DNA of 64,000 nucleotides, taken from the NCBI GenBank assembly GCA_023659865.1, contig JAGXON010000004.1, positions 1,597-65,596 of the forward strand, in the 5' to 3' direction. Under the pieces are notes generated by a model. It was not told the DNA's origin. It was given only the letters and a program-made list of their open reading frames with translations, and searched no databases. The translations under genes and the position numbers were made by a program. This stretch comes from Candidatus Diapherotrites archaeon LH_S9 (GTDB lineage Archaea > B1Sed10-29 > WALL01 > JAGXON01). Shown here piece after piece: positions 29,484 to 38,462 of this stretch. How positions within the stretch are numbered: position 1 is the first letter of the stretch; every line of letters begins with the position of its first letter.

Positions 29484-30545
29484 ACCTTCAGCCATGAAGT
29501 TAGAGAGTTTCTTCAACGCTTTTTTCTTTTCTTTTCTCCCGATTTCAGCTTGCTTAACTGTTTCCTGCATAGTTTTTATTGTCTGTCCATAAACTTCTTC
29601 GTCTACAGGATGAGGATGACCGTCTTTCCCGCCGTGAGCAAAAGAGTAAGTTGCCGGGTCATCAAAACTTGGTTTCTCGTTGTACACAAGATCAGAAACC
29701 AGTGCCAGGGCTCTCAAACTTTTTTTACCCAACCCCTCCACTTCAACTAACTCTTGATAGTCCTTTGGCTGAAGTTCCTCAGCTTTCTTCAAAGCCTTTT
29801 TCACCTGCGGACTGATTTTAACGTCGTGATGAGCTGGCATTCCACTCAAACTCGTCTGTCCTTTCGGCCGGAAGTACTTCTGAATGTTTTTACCATCTTG
29901 CACCAGATCCACGCTGATGTCCCGGACTTTACTGCTTTCTCTCGCAGTTAAGTCAAGAGCTTCTCCTTTCTTTTCCGCGCAGATACCGGTGTGCGGTTCC
30001 TCAATCAGCTCGTCTGTTGAAAACCAGTGGTATCGCCTGGCCCATTTTTCTTTCATCCCCTGCTGGATAACGCACCAGTCCCCTTTTTCCGTGAACAGAA
30101 AAGAGTGATGGTAAAGGCTGTGACCGTCCTGTACGCAGTTCGAGTCGACTTTAGCGCTTGTACGGCTTCTTTGCTCTAGTGCATCAGCTCTAGATGGTTT
30201 CACATCAAGCAAGTCCGCATTCTTCTTTATTTCTTCCGGAGCCTTTTTCGAGGTTTTCCCTTTCCCACCGCATACGGCTATTCCTGTTTCTTCTGGATCT
30301 ATGGCTTCTTTGAGCACGCCGCAGGTTACTGTGGTGACTCCTGAGCTATGCCAGTCGAAGCCTAGAACAGAGGAAAAAGACTGGAACCAGATTGGGTTGC
30401 TTAAACGTTTCAGGAGCTCTTTCTCTGAGTTTTCTTCTACTATTACTTGTGTCAGTGGCTTGGCTAGCTTCCGCATTTTTTTGAAAAGCCATTTCGGGCA
30501 GTGTCCTCCGTGCAGAGGAAGGTTCATCGACTTTTTTTTGATCAT
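29466..30545 (-). CDS. DUF763 domain protein
   Basis: LPLHGGHCPKWLF, GFDWHSSG, QQGM, RRYHW, SFAHGGKDGHP. Confidence 0.9.
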   Translation of the reverse strand: MIKKKSMNLPLHGGHCPKWLFKKMRKLAKPLTQVIVEENSEKELLKRLSNPIWFQSFSSVLGFDWHSSGVTTVTCGVLKEAIDPEETGIAVCGGKGKTSKKAPEEIKKNADLLDVKPSRADALEQRSRTSAKVDSNCVQDGHSLYHHSFLFTEKGDWCVIQQGMKEKWARRYHWFSTDELIEEPHTGICAEKKGEALDLTARESSKVRDISVDLVQDGKNIQKYFRPKGQTSLSGMPAHHDVKISPQVKKALKKAEELQPKDYQELVEVEGLGKKSLRALALVSDLVYNEKPSFDDPATYSFAHGGKDGHPHPVDEEVYGQTIKTMQETVKQAEIGRKEKKKALKKLSNFMAEGSSNGN

Positions 30546-30642
30546 CTAACAAAGTGTTAACTTCATCTAAATTAAATAGTTTGGCAGTGTTTTTCCGAAG
30601 GATTTTATTTCCTTGTGTTCATAGTTTTGGTTGGTGGCTAGG

Positions 30643-31317
30643 ATGAAAGAGAATTTGGATTCGGGTGAAAAAAACCGTTCTCTTAAGGAACATATGGTTT
30701 TTTCAGTTGGTGGCATCAGTGACCGCAGGATTCACAATATCTTGGGAAACTACTTGAGGAGGAACCCGATTTCTCTGAAGGAAGAGATAGAAGGAGGAGA
30801 ACTAGGGGTAGGGGTGGAAGAGTATTTCAGTAAGCCTGGTTCTCAGATGTTGGAAGAGAAAGAGGCACACAAGTTTTCTTCAGGATTCAGAAAAGATATT
30901 GCCGAAGGGGTTATGAAAGCCTTGAGGTATGAGAGCGCTCAAGAAGCTGCCGAAGAGTACGGATCTAGGTTTCAGAGGAGAGAAGATCTTTTGCTAGGAG
31001 AGGGCGAAGAGACTGAAGAAGATTTGGAAAAAGAGGTTGAGAAAAAGAAGGTGGTGAATCTTTCCTTTCTTCGGTCGAGTTTACACGACCTTTTTGAGGA
31101 AAAGGGGTATACACTGAACGAAAATGTGGTAAGAAATCATCTAGGGAGAGTAGGATTCAATCTAGGCAAATTCGATCAAGAAGCTTCTCTTCCCGACAAA
31201 ATTTCTTTGCCCCGAGCTCACGATTTTCTTGAAGAACTACAGGATACTTTTGGTTTAGAGGACGAGGAGATAGGTAGCGTGAAAAACGAGTTAGACATTC
31301 AAGCAGAAGAAATCTAA
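30643..31317 (+). CDS. Hypothetical acidic protein
   Basis: ORF fills the gap between flanking genes; no motif recognised. Confidence 0.6.
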   Translation: MKENLDSGEKNRSLKEHMVFSVGGISDRRIHNILGNYLRRNPISLKEEIEGGELGVGVEEYFSKPGSQMLEEKEAHKFSSGFRKDIAEGVMKALRYESAQEAAEEYGSRFQRREDLLLGEGEETEEDLEKEVEKKKVVNLSFLRSSLHDLFEEKGYTLNENVVRNHLGRVGFNLGKFDQEASLPDKISLPRAHDFLEELQDTFGLEDEEIGSVKNELDIQAEEI

Positions 31318-31667
31318 TCCTGGTTGATGTCCTCAATAACTTTCTTCAAGATAACGCTCAAAACTTTCTGCTCCCCAGGATTCAACGCTTTTGTCACATC
31401 ATTAACTTTAAAGAAAACGGTTCCCTCGTTCTTGTTAACCCATATCTTGTTTTGATTTCCTTGGAACTCGTGCACCGTGCTCCAGGAACCAGTTTCATCT
31501 TTCAGAACCCTGAGTATATGGCCTAATTCGACGTCGCTCATTTTTAACTTGGTCCAGTCCCACTCTTCTTCTTTTTTTTTGCCGATGTGGATGTAGGCAT
31601 CGCTTTCACTGGTCTGGATCTTCAGGCAGGTGTTCTTCCCGAAAAAAGGCTTGTTGTACATCTTCAA
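31314..31667 (-). CDS. Hypothetical protein, possible Whirly/PC4-like fold
   Basis: Two apparent beta-strand/helix units (..KMSDVELGHILRVL; ..ALNPGEQKVLSVIL). Confidence 0.65.
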   Translation of the reverse strand: MKMYNKPFFGKNTCLKIQTSESDAYIHIGKKKEEEWDWTKLKMSDVELGHILRVLKDETGSWSTVHEFQGNQNKIWVNKNEGTVFFKVNDVTKALNPGEQKVLSVILKKVIEDINQD

Positions 31668-31954
31668 TCGTATTCTTTTATCTCTTCGTCCAAAGCTTTC
31701 TGAAGCAAGACGATAGCGTTACCTAGATCTCTTTTGTTCAAACTGTTCGTGTACTTCCAGTTACCGTCATCGTCTCGGTAAGCTCTTTGCAGAACGTAAC
31801 TGTTCCACTTGTTACCTTTTTTCTCGTGCTTGAAGACGCTTAAAGTCGTGGTTCCGATATTATACTTTTTTTCAGGCTTTTTTCCTTTCCGTTTTATGTC
31901 TTTGACTTCTTCTTCGATCTCGATTTCCTCCAATTTTTTTTGTTCATTCATCAT
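31664..31954 (-). CDS. Hypothetical protein, possible PC4-like ssDNA-binding protein
   Basis: LQRAYRDDDGNWKYTNSLNKRDL followed by an amphipathic helix. Confidence 0.7.
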   Translation of the reverse strand: MMNEQKKLEEIEIEEEVKDIKRKGKKPEKKYNIGTTTLSVFKHEKKGNKWNSYVLQRAYRDDDGNWKYTNSLNKRDLGNAIVLLQKALDEEIKEYD

Positions 31955-32001
31955 ATCACGATAATAAACTTTGTGACCTGTTCATAAATAATGGTTTCTT
32001 T

Positions 32002-32757
32002 TCAACCATCAAAATCCTTCAGCATTCTCTGCTTTCCTTTCAAACCTTTTATCTCGCTCCCAGGATTATGAACCTCGTAATCCATTTCATAGAACTCGAA
32101 ACCCTCTTCCTCAAGAAAATCACATGCATTTGGAGTGATTCCTGGCGCGCAAATAATCCCTCGAGTGTTTTTTTCCTTTCTCTTATCAACTTCTTCCACG
32201 TAACGCTTTAACTGAGTCACTGCATCCAGTCCTGCTTTACGTCTCTTAACTTCGATGACCACGTTATTTCGTTCCTTGTCTCGAGCAAAGACGTCAATTT
32301 TTCCTTTGCTCAAAGGACTCTCGTTCTTTATTGGTCTCAAACCTTTCTCTATGTGCTCCAGGTCCTGCATCAGCAAGTTCGATAATTCTTCCTCGGTTCC
32401 GAACATCTTCAACGAGTTATCGTCATCCATGTCGAAACTCTTGGCTTCCTTAACTTCGCTGAACTTTGCTTCAAGAACCTCCTCCGGATTGCGTCTGCTA
32501 GCTCGAACTACTAGTTGATCATCATTTATTTCAGTGGTTATGACGCCGTCAGGCGGCTGGTAATTGATTGCTTTCAAGTTCTTGTTCTGGTGCACTAGGA
32601 AGGAACCGTCTCCTTTAACGATCACGGCTCGCTCTCCTTCAGCTAGCTTTGAGACTGCTCGGCCAGTGTACTTGACTCTGCAGGTGCCAATAACTATCAG
32701 AAATTCTTCACTAGAAACAGCTTTGTCCACCGCTTGCTTTGCTTCCTGCAGTTCCAT
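32002..32757 (-). CDS. nucS: Mismatch endonuclease NucS/EndoMS
   Basis: YTGRA, KGDGSFLVH, NYQPP, IDVFARD, EVKR, QLKRY; C-terminal PIP-like QRMLKDF. Confidence 0.95.
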   Translation of the reverse strand: MELQEAKQAVDKAVSSEEFLIVIGTCRVKYTGRAVSKLAEGERAVIVKGDGSFLVHQNKNLKAINYQPPDGVITTEINDDQLVVRASRRNPEEVLEAKFSEVKEAKSFDMDDDNSLKMFGTEEELSNLLMQDLEHIEKGLRPIKNESPLSKGKIDVFARDKERNNVVIEVKRRKAGLDAVTQLKRYVEEVDKRKEKNTRGIICAPGITPNACDFLEEEGFEFYEMDYEVHNPGSEIKGLKGKQRMLKDFDG

Positions 32758-32765
32758 ACAGATCA

Positions 32766-34880
32766 CTAAGTTGTGGTAGTTGTGTTAAAACTATAGCAAT
32801 TGCCCGCCGAATTCTTATCTACTGCTAGATTTCCTGCTCTATCCTCTGATTTTACTTCGAAGTAGTACGTTGTCCCAGCTGAAAGTCCGCTTAAACTAAT
32901 AGAATGGCTTTCCACATATGTGTCGTCAAAGGTTGAATTATTCAACGTATCGCAGTTTGTTCCATTTTTTCCATAGTTTACTTCACTCCTGGCACTTTCA
33001 TTAGTATCCCAGGTTACATCGGCTGAACTGTTTGTGGTACTACTAGGGGATACCCCCTTTTTGGTTGTTGTGGCGTCTATAGTGAAGCTCTTGCTTTCGT
33101 TTCCTATGTTTCCTGCTGGATCAGTGCATGAGAAGTTTGCAGTATAACTTCCATTGTCCACTGGACTGAATTCCTTATACCAATAACTACTGTTTACACT
33201 GTTCATGTTCCCGTCAGTGGTGATCCCCCCGTTAATGGAGATGTTCGACTCATACCTGCAGTTGTCCACGGTTTCGTTAGTGGAGACGTTCAACCATACT
33301 GTGTTTTCGGATAGGGGAGAATTGGAGGGCGATTCCACAGTAAGATTTGGAGCAGTGGTGTCTATAGTGAAGCTCTTGCTTTCGTTTCCTATGTTTCCTG
33401 CTGGATCAGTGCATGAGAAGTTTGCAGTATAATTTCCATTGTCCACTGAACTGAAGTTCTTATACCAATAAGTACTGTTTGTACTGTTCATGTTTCCTTC
33501 CTCGGTAGTGAACTCATACCTGCAGTTGTCCACGGTTTCGTTAGTGGAGACGTTCAACCATACTGTGTCATTGGATAGGAAAGAATTGAGGGGTGATTCC
33601 ACAGTAAGGGTTGGAGCAGTGGTATCAGTAGTTTCAACGTCAAAATCCCAGGTTTCGAGATCGCTTGCCAGGCCGTCTTCGTCCTCGCAAATAACGTAAA
33701 CAGTGTACTCCGTGTTGTTGGAGAGGCCTGAATGGGATTCCGAGTGACTTGTCTTGTAGTCAGTTGAAACGTCATCCAGGTCATCGTCATCGAAATCAAA
33801 CTCTAAGTCATCGTCTTCGTCCACTGCGTATTTGCATACAGCGTCTTCATCTGTCTCAAAACTGATTGTTATAGAGCTGCTATCTACCGTGCCATCTGGT
33901 TCCGTGTCACTTATTTCTGGAGCTGCATTAACCATGGCGCAGGCGTCGGTCACATCTGATTTTCTTTCGTTACTTGTTTTGTCAACTGCTGTCACAACAA
34001 AACAGTATTCCACGCCTTCACTCAAGCTACTTATTGTGCGGCTGGTTGAGCTCTTTGAAGCTACGGATTTTATTGCAGTGAGGCCTATAACGGTGTTCAG
34101 TTCGTTGTCGCTTTTGTATATTTTGTATTTGTCGAAGTCTGAAGCTGTTGACTTGTCCCACGAGAGTTTGATGCTGTCTCCTTCTCCAGTGTTCTCTGCA
34201 GTCAGTCCAGTTATTTTGTTCGGAGGAGTTTCATCTACTTCCGTGTCGATTTCAAGATCTCTTGTTATCTTTTTTTTGTTCCCTGCTTTGTCTACCGCTT
34301 TTATCCTTATCTCGTAGTCACCGTCTTCCAGATCTTCTAAGGTCGTGGTGAAGGTCTTGTTGTCATCTGTTTCCAGGTCCAGGTATTCACCGCTCAAGCT
34401 TGATCCAGGGATCTCTATCTCTTCGTTTGAGTTTATTTCTATGTCTATTGTGTTTTTGTTAAAGGTTTTTCCATCTGTTATGTTGATGTCGAGTTCAGAC
34501 GGTTCTGAGTCTACAGTGAAAGAAAAGTTTTTTTCCGCTTGATTTTCTACTTTGTCTTCAGCCTTCACGTAAACGCTGTGGTCTCCTTCTTCTAATTCAG
34601 TTAAGCCAGCTGAGAAAGTTTTTTTGTCTGATGAATTTAGTGCAACGGTTTCTCCGTCCACGCTGAAGTTCAGAACAATCACTTTTTCGCTGAATTTTAT
34701 TGAGAAGCTCGGTGAACTGTTGTTAATCAGTCCTAATGGTTCTGCTTCAGGTACTTCAAGATATATGTCTTCTTGCGGAGTCACTGTGTCGTTGGTCTTG
34801 TTCTGTTCTTGATTGGATGTTATGCATCCGGCTGAAAGTAGTGTTATAGCTATTAGTAGTACGGGAACGAATTTTTTCAT
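32766..34880 (-). CDS. Cell-surface lipoprotein with Ig-like/fibronectin type III repeats
   Basis: Lipobox-like LSAGC; DKAGN/DPAGN Ig motifs; FnIII LSWD...YCFVVTAVD and LSAGTTYYF; many N-x-S/T sequons. Confidence 0.8.
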   Translation of the reverse strand: MKKFVPVLLIAITLLSAGCITSNQEQNKTNDTVTPQEDIYLEVPEAEPLGLINNSSPSFSIKFSEKVIVLNFSVDGETVALNSSDKKTFSAGLTELEEGDHSVYVKAEDKVENQAEKNFSFTVDSEPSELDINITDGKTFNKNTIDIEINSNEEIEIPGSSLSGEYLDLETDDNKTFTTTLEDLEDGDYEIRIKAVDKAGNKKKITRDLEIDTEVDETPPNKITGLTAENTGEGDSIKLSWDKSTASDFDKYKIYKSDNELNTVIGLTAIKSVASKSSTSRTISSLSEGVEYCFVVTAVDKTSNERKSDVTDACAMVNAAPEISDTEPDGTVDSSSITISFETDEDAVCKYAVDEDDDLEFDFDDDDLDDVSTDYKTSHSESHSGLSNNTEYTVYVICEDEDGLASDLETWDFDVETTDTTAPTLTVESPLNSFLSNDTVWLNVSTNETVDNCRYEFTTEEGNMNSTNSTYWYKNFSSVDNGNYTANFSCTDPAGNIGNESKSFTIDTTAPNLTVESPSNSPLSENTVWLNVSTNETVDNCRYESNISINGGITTDGNMNSVNSSYWYKEFSPVDNGSYTANFSCTDPAGNIGNESKSFTIDATTTKKGVSPSSTTNSSADVTWDTNESARSEVNYGKNGTNCDTLNNSTFDDTYVESHSISLSGLSAGTTYYFEVKSEDRAGNLAVDKNSAGNCYSFNTTTTT
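33075..33623. repeat. Intragenic tandem repeat (285 + 264 bp), one Ig-like domain each
   Basis: gtctatagtgaagctcttgctttcgtttcctatg recurs at 33075 and 33360; near-identical translations. Confidence 0.9.
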
Positions 34881-34914
34881 GTTTTGTTTTTGGTTGAAAG
34901 ATCAATAAAAAGTT

Positions 34915-36414
34915 TTAGACTAGCCGCTTCACGATGTTCGCGAATGCTGGTCGAGTTATTGTCACTCCTACCGTGACTCCGAGTGCAGTTGTTATCGCGA
35001 ATCCTTTGAGCATTCCTAGGCCCATAGTCATCAGCGGAAGCATGGTAGCTATAGTGGTTATTCCTGCTGCTAGAACGATTCCGAACGCTTTTTTGATTCT
35101 TTCCAGTAAGCTTTCTGCTTCTTCTTCTGTTTTTCTGAGTGCTCCGTCAGTTACAATGATTTGCTGGTCTATTCCTGTTCCTAGTACTGCGATTATTCCT
35201 GCTATTGCCGGGAGATCTATTTCCCAGTGAATCAGTGAGGCTACTCCAAGGACGAGTATGACTTCACAGAGGTTGGTCCCAAGCATTGCGAGTGTTATCT
35301 TTGGTTTCCTGTACCTGGCGAAAACTATTAATGAAACAACTACTAATGCTAGCACGCCCATCAGTAGAGCGCTGTTTATGAAGTTTTCTCCGAGCGTGGC
35401 AGAGATTGTGTTCGTGCTAGCGATTTCTGTTGACACAGGTAGTCTTCCTGATCTGAGTATGACAACCATCGAGTTCATTTCGTTCTGAGCTTCCTTGAAG
35501 TTTGGTGCACCGCCTGTAATAACTGCTTGTCTTATGGTTTCTCCGCTTGTGACTCCTGGCGTTAGCGAGAGAACTGACTTAAGCCCTAGTGCGCTCCAGC
35601 TCCAGTAATCTTCTGTTTTCAGGGCTTCTGTTACTGAAGCGTTTTCGGGGATCGTGTAATTGTTATTTTCAGGCACTACGACTTTTTCTGATGTTTCTAG
35701 AAGTGTTTTGTTGAAGGTGTCTGAAACGACTATGTTTGTTTTTGAGTTTTTTTCCAGTTCTTCGAAGCTTATTTGTCTGCTGTTTGGGCTGGCAGGGTCC
35801 ACATGCATTGTTTCTTCTTCTTCCGCGATTTTTTCTGGGAGTAGGATAGTTGCGTTTCTCGGGCGGTCGATGAACATGTAGATCATGTCGCATTCTGTTA
35901 CTCCTCCTTCTTTCTTGCATCTTCCTTCAGCTTCTTCAGCAAATTTTTGTGCTCCGTCTTTTGAGATCTTGAACGGGACTTTCCATTGCTGGGTTGAGGA
36001 CAAGTAACCGTACCCTTTTTGCGGGTTAGTGATTATTTGATCCAGGTCATCAGATTCAAGCACTGTGGTTCCGTCTATCGAGGCTTCGAACCGTCCTTGT
36101 TTTGACAAAATGTTTTTTATCGAGTCCACGTCCTGTTCTTCTTTTGAAGAAACTTCCACGAGTATGTGCTGGTTACCTCTTCCCTTCACCGAGATGTCTT
36201 TAAGTCCAAAACTGTTTAATCGGTTTTGAAGTATTGTGGTCATGGTGCTCATCTTGTTCTCTCCAACTGATTCTTCTAGCCGGATTGTTATGAGCGAACC
36301 GCCTTTCAAGTCCATTCCGTAGTCCAATCCGATGGTGAAAAGTGGAACTATTCCTACGACTATAACTGCTGTGATGAGCAGTAGTATTCTCCAGTCTTTA
36401 GTCCATTTTTTCAT
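34915..36414 (-). CDS. secD: Protein translocase subunit SecD
   Basis: GMDLKGGS, RLNSFGLKD, LRSGRLP, ISATLG, GTGIDQQI, GFAITT. Confidence 0.93.
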   Translation of the reverse strand: MKKWTKDWRILLLITAVIVVGIVPLFTIGLDYGMDLKGGSLITIRLEESVGENKMSTMTTILQNRLNSFGLKDISVKGRGNQHILVEVSSKEEQDVDSIKNILSKQGRFEASIDGTTVLESDDLDQIITNPQKGYGYLSSTQQWKVPFKISKDGAQKFAEEAEGRCKKEGGVTECDMIYMFIDRPRNATILLPEKIAEEEETMHVDPASPNSRQISFEELEKNSKTNIVVSDTFNKTLLETSEKVVVPENNNYTIPENASVTEALKTEDYWSWSALGLKSVLSLTPGVTSGETIRQAVITGGAPNFKEAQNEMNSMVVILRSGRLPVSTEIASTNTISATLGENFINSALLMGVLALVVVSLIVFARYRKPKITLAMLGTNLCEVILVLGVASLIHWEIDLPAIAGIIAVLGTGIDQQIIVTDGALRKTEEEAESLLERIKKAFGIVLAAGITTIATMLPLMTMGLGMLKGFAITTALGVTVGVTITRPAFANIVKRLV

Positions 36415-37373
36415 TTTCTTTCCACCCACGCCTTCAGTATTACTGCGTTCATTAACCAGGTTGCTATCAGGTCACCGATTAATCCTATGAACAGCACTAA
36501 ACCAATTTGGAAGATCGTGTTTATTTGAGCGAAGTAAGACACGAGAGTGATTACCGATACAACGCCTAGAGTGGTTCCGGCCATTGTTAAACCTGTTTTC
36601 ATTGCATCCAGTAGCTTTTTACTGGTTTCTCCAGTTCTTTCGAGCACGTTACTGGTGAGCATTATGTCTGTGTCTACAGAGTAACCGATAAGCAGTAGTA
36701 ATGCTGCGATCGTGGGCATGGTTAAGTGAATTCCGAATGTGCTCATGACTCCTATTGTGAAAAGTATGTCAAATATTGCTGCGCCTATGACGTAGGATGA
36801 AGGAGCTATTTGCCTGAATTTTATGAACACGATTGCTGCCATGAACAAGAACCCGACAATGAGTGCTCTTATCGAAGTGTCCCAGAACAATTTACTTAGT
36901 TCTGCTCCTACGTGTTTAAGGCTTATTTCTTCTTTGTTCACGCCTAGCACGGTTGTTAAGTCTTCTCTTAAGTTGCTGTAAAAGTTGTTTTCTGCTGCTT
37001 CAACTACTTGAGAGGCTTCTCCAGTTTTGTTTGTGTACTTGCTGGCGATTTGTTTTGCTTGAGCCGGATCTGAATCTACTATCTCTTTTGCTTTTGCTAT
37101 GTCTTCCTGGTCTTTGAACTCTATTATAACTCCTTTTTCTTCAGAAACAGGGTTTTTGGTTAGCCTGACCGAGCTTTCCTTTATTCCTTTTGTTCCAAGG
37201 AAATTTTGGATATCTCCAATCGTTTTGTCGGTGTTCATCGGAGCTATTATGCTTGCTCCGCCGGTAAGGTCAATACCTCGCGGTAGTTGCGGAGCCATCA
37301 ATGCGCTGACTATCGCTAGGATAATTGGAATGAGTAAATAGTACTTGTATTTTTCGTTTTCATATATGTTCAA
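36411..37373 (-). CDS. secF: Protein translocase subunit SecF
   Basis: GIDLTGG, IAALLLLIGYSVDTDIML, TWLMNA. Confidence 0.93.
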   Translation of the reverse strand: MNIYENEKYKYYLLIPIILAIVSALMAPQLPRGIDLTGGASIIAPMNTDKTIGDIQNFLGTKGIKESSVRLTKNPVSEEKGVIIEFKDQEDIAKAKEIVDSDPAQAKQIASKYTNKTGEASQVVEAAENNFYSNLREDLTTVLGVNKEEISLKHVGAELSKLFWDTSIRALIVGFLFMAAIVFIKFRQIAPSSYVIGAAIFDILFTIGVMSTFGIHLTMPTIAALLLLIGYSVDTDIMLTSNVLERTGETSKKLLDAMKTGLTMAGTTLGVVSVITLVSYFAQINTIFQIGLVLFIGLIGDLIATWLMNAVILKAWVERK

Positions 37374-37436
37374 AGTAATTCACCGTAGAACATAGCATAA
37401 GCTGAGCTTGATGAGGTCGTTAATGTGTTCTCTTTT

Positions 37437-37598
37437 CTACCTTCTACCTACTGTTAGTCTAGTTTGGTTCCTTGCTGTTTTTCTTCTTGCGTTACGCGTC
37501 CTATTCCTCACCTGGGTTCTTTTGTTCTTACTTCTTTTTTTGATTGCTTTCTTCCCTTTTTTTGGCGTTTTGTAGGTTCTTTTGGTTAGTTTTGGCAT
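37437..37598 (-). CDS. 53-aa very basic small protein (below the ORF-track cutoff)
   Basis: Manual translation MPKLTKRTYKTPKKGKKAIKKRSKNKRTQVRNRTRNARRKTARNQTRLTVGRR; GAGG RBS-like and AT-rich promoter-like sequence upstream. Confidence 0.6.
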   Translation of the reverse strand: MPKLTKRTYKTPKKGKKAIKKRSKNKRTQVRNRTRNARRKTARNQTRLTVGRR

Positions 37599-37676
37599 AT
37601 TTTGTTCCTCTTTAACTAAGTAATTAAAACTTTAAATAGTTTAACCTCATTTTATTATTAAGTCTTTTGGGGAGAG

Positions 37677-38462
37677 TTGAAAATGAAGAAATATGTTTTA
37701 ATAGCCCTGCTATTGCTGTCGAGCGTTTGGTGCTATTCTACTACTGGAGTAGAGCACTTAAATGTTTCTGTGGATAATCCAGCTTATTTGGAAGTGAGTA
37801 CTTTATATAGAAAACCTTTTTCAGCAAAAGCTATTTCTTTTGATGGTGGAGACGTCTTTATGGGGTTCTCTTCTCCTGCCGGAGGTTTTTTCACCGCGGA
37901 CGATAAAGAGGATCCGGGAGAGATCGACAAAGAAATTTTCTTTGGACCGGATCCGGCTGAAGGAAACTGGCTGATGAAACTAGGGTTACGTGACGATCCA
38001 GGAGACGCTTTGAAATCCGAATTAGCTCTGGAACTGGACGATGCATTCATTCTACCGCTGGAAAAAAAGGAATGGCAAAGAAAAACAGATTTAAGGGGTT
38101 TGAAAGAACCGGAAGCAATAATAGAAGTGAACTTAACAGTTACTTCTAAGGGTTCTCCTTTAAGCAACGTGAGCATTTCCTTAGACAACGAGTTCGCTGG
38201 AAGAACGAGTGCAACTGGCTCGAAAAATGCTTTATTAGCCTGCGGTCAAAATCATGCTATCAAGTTAACGAAGCAGGAGTACGAGACTAGGCTAACTCAA
38301 TTTCGTTTGAAGTGCTTCGAGAAAAAGAAAAAGTTTTCTTTGAACAAGAAAGATCGTTTCACAGACGAAGAAGAAAGCTTACCAGTTTCCGAGAGAATAG
38401 AGGGAAAGAAAAGTTTTCTGAACTGGATCAAGAGCTTCTTCACTGATCTTCTTGGTCTCTAG
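37677..38462 (+). CDS. Secreted hypothetical protein with carboxypeptidase-regulatory/PEGA-like domain
   Basis: Signal peptide; GSPLSNVSISLDNEFAGRTSATG...KQEYE. Confidence 0.65.
   Translation: MKMKKYVLIALLLLSSVWCYSTTGVEHLNVSVDNPAYLEVSTLYRKPFSAKAISFDGGDVFMGFSSPAGGFFTADDKEDPGEIDKEIFFGPDPAEGNWLMKLGLRDDPGDALKSELALELDDAFILPLEKKEWQRKTDLRGLKEPEAIIEVNLTVTSKGSPLSNVSISLDNEFAGRTSATGSKNALLACGQNHAIKLTKQEYETRLTQFRLKCFEKKKKFSLNKKDRFTDEEESLPVSERIEGKKSFLNWIKSFFTDLLGL

Noticed and set aside
37395-37420. C/D box sRNA (ctga-gct-tgatga)
   Set aside because: Only a D'/C'-like pair; no properly spaced outer C and D boxes found
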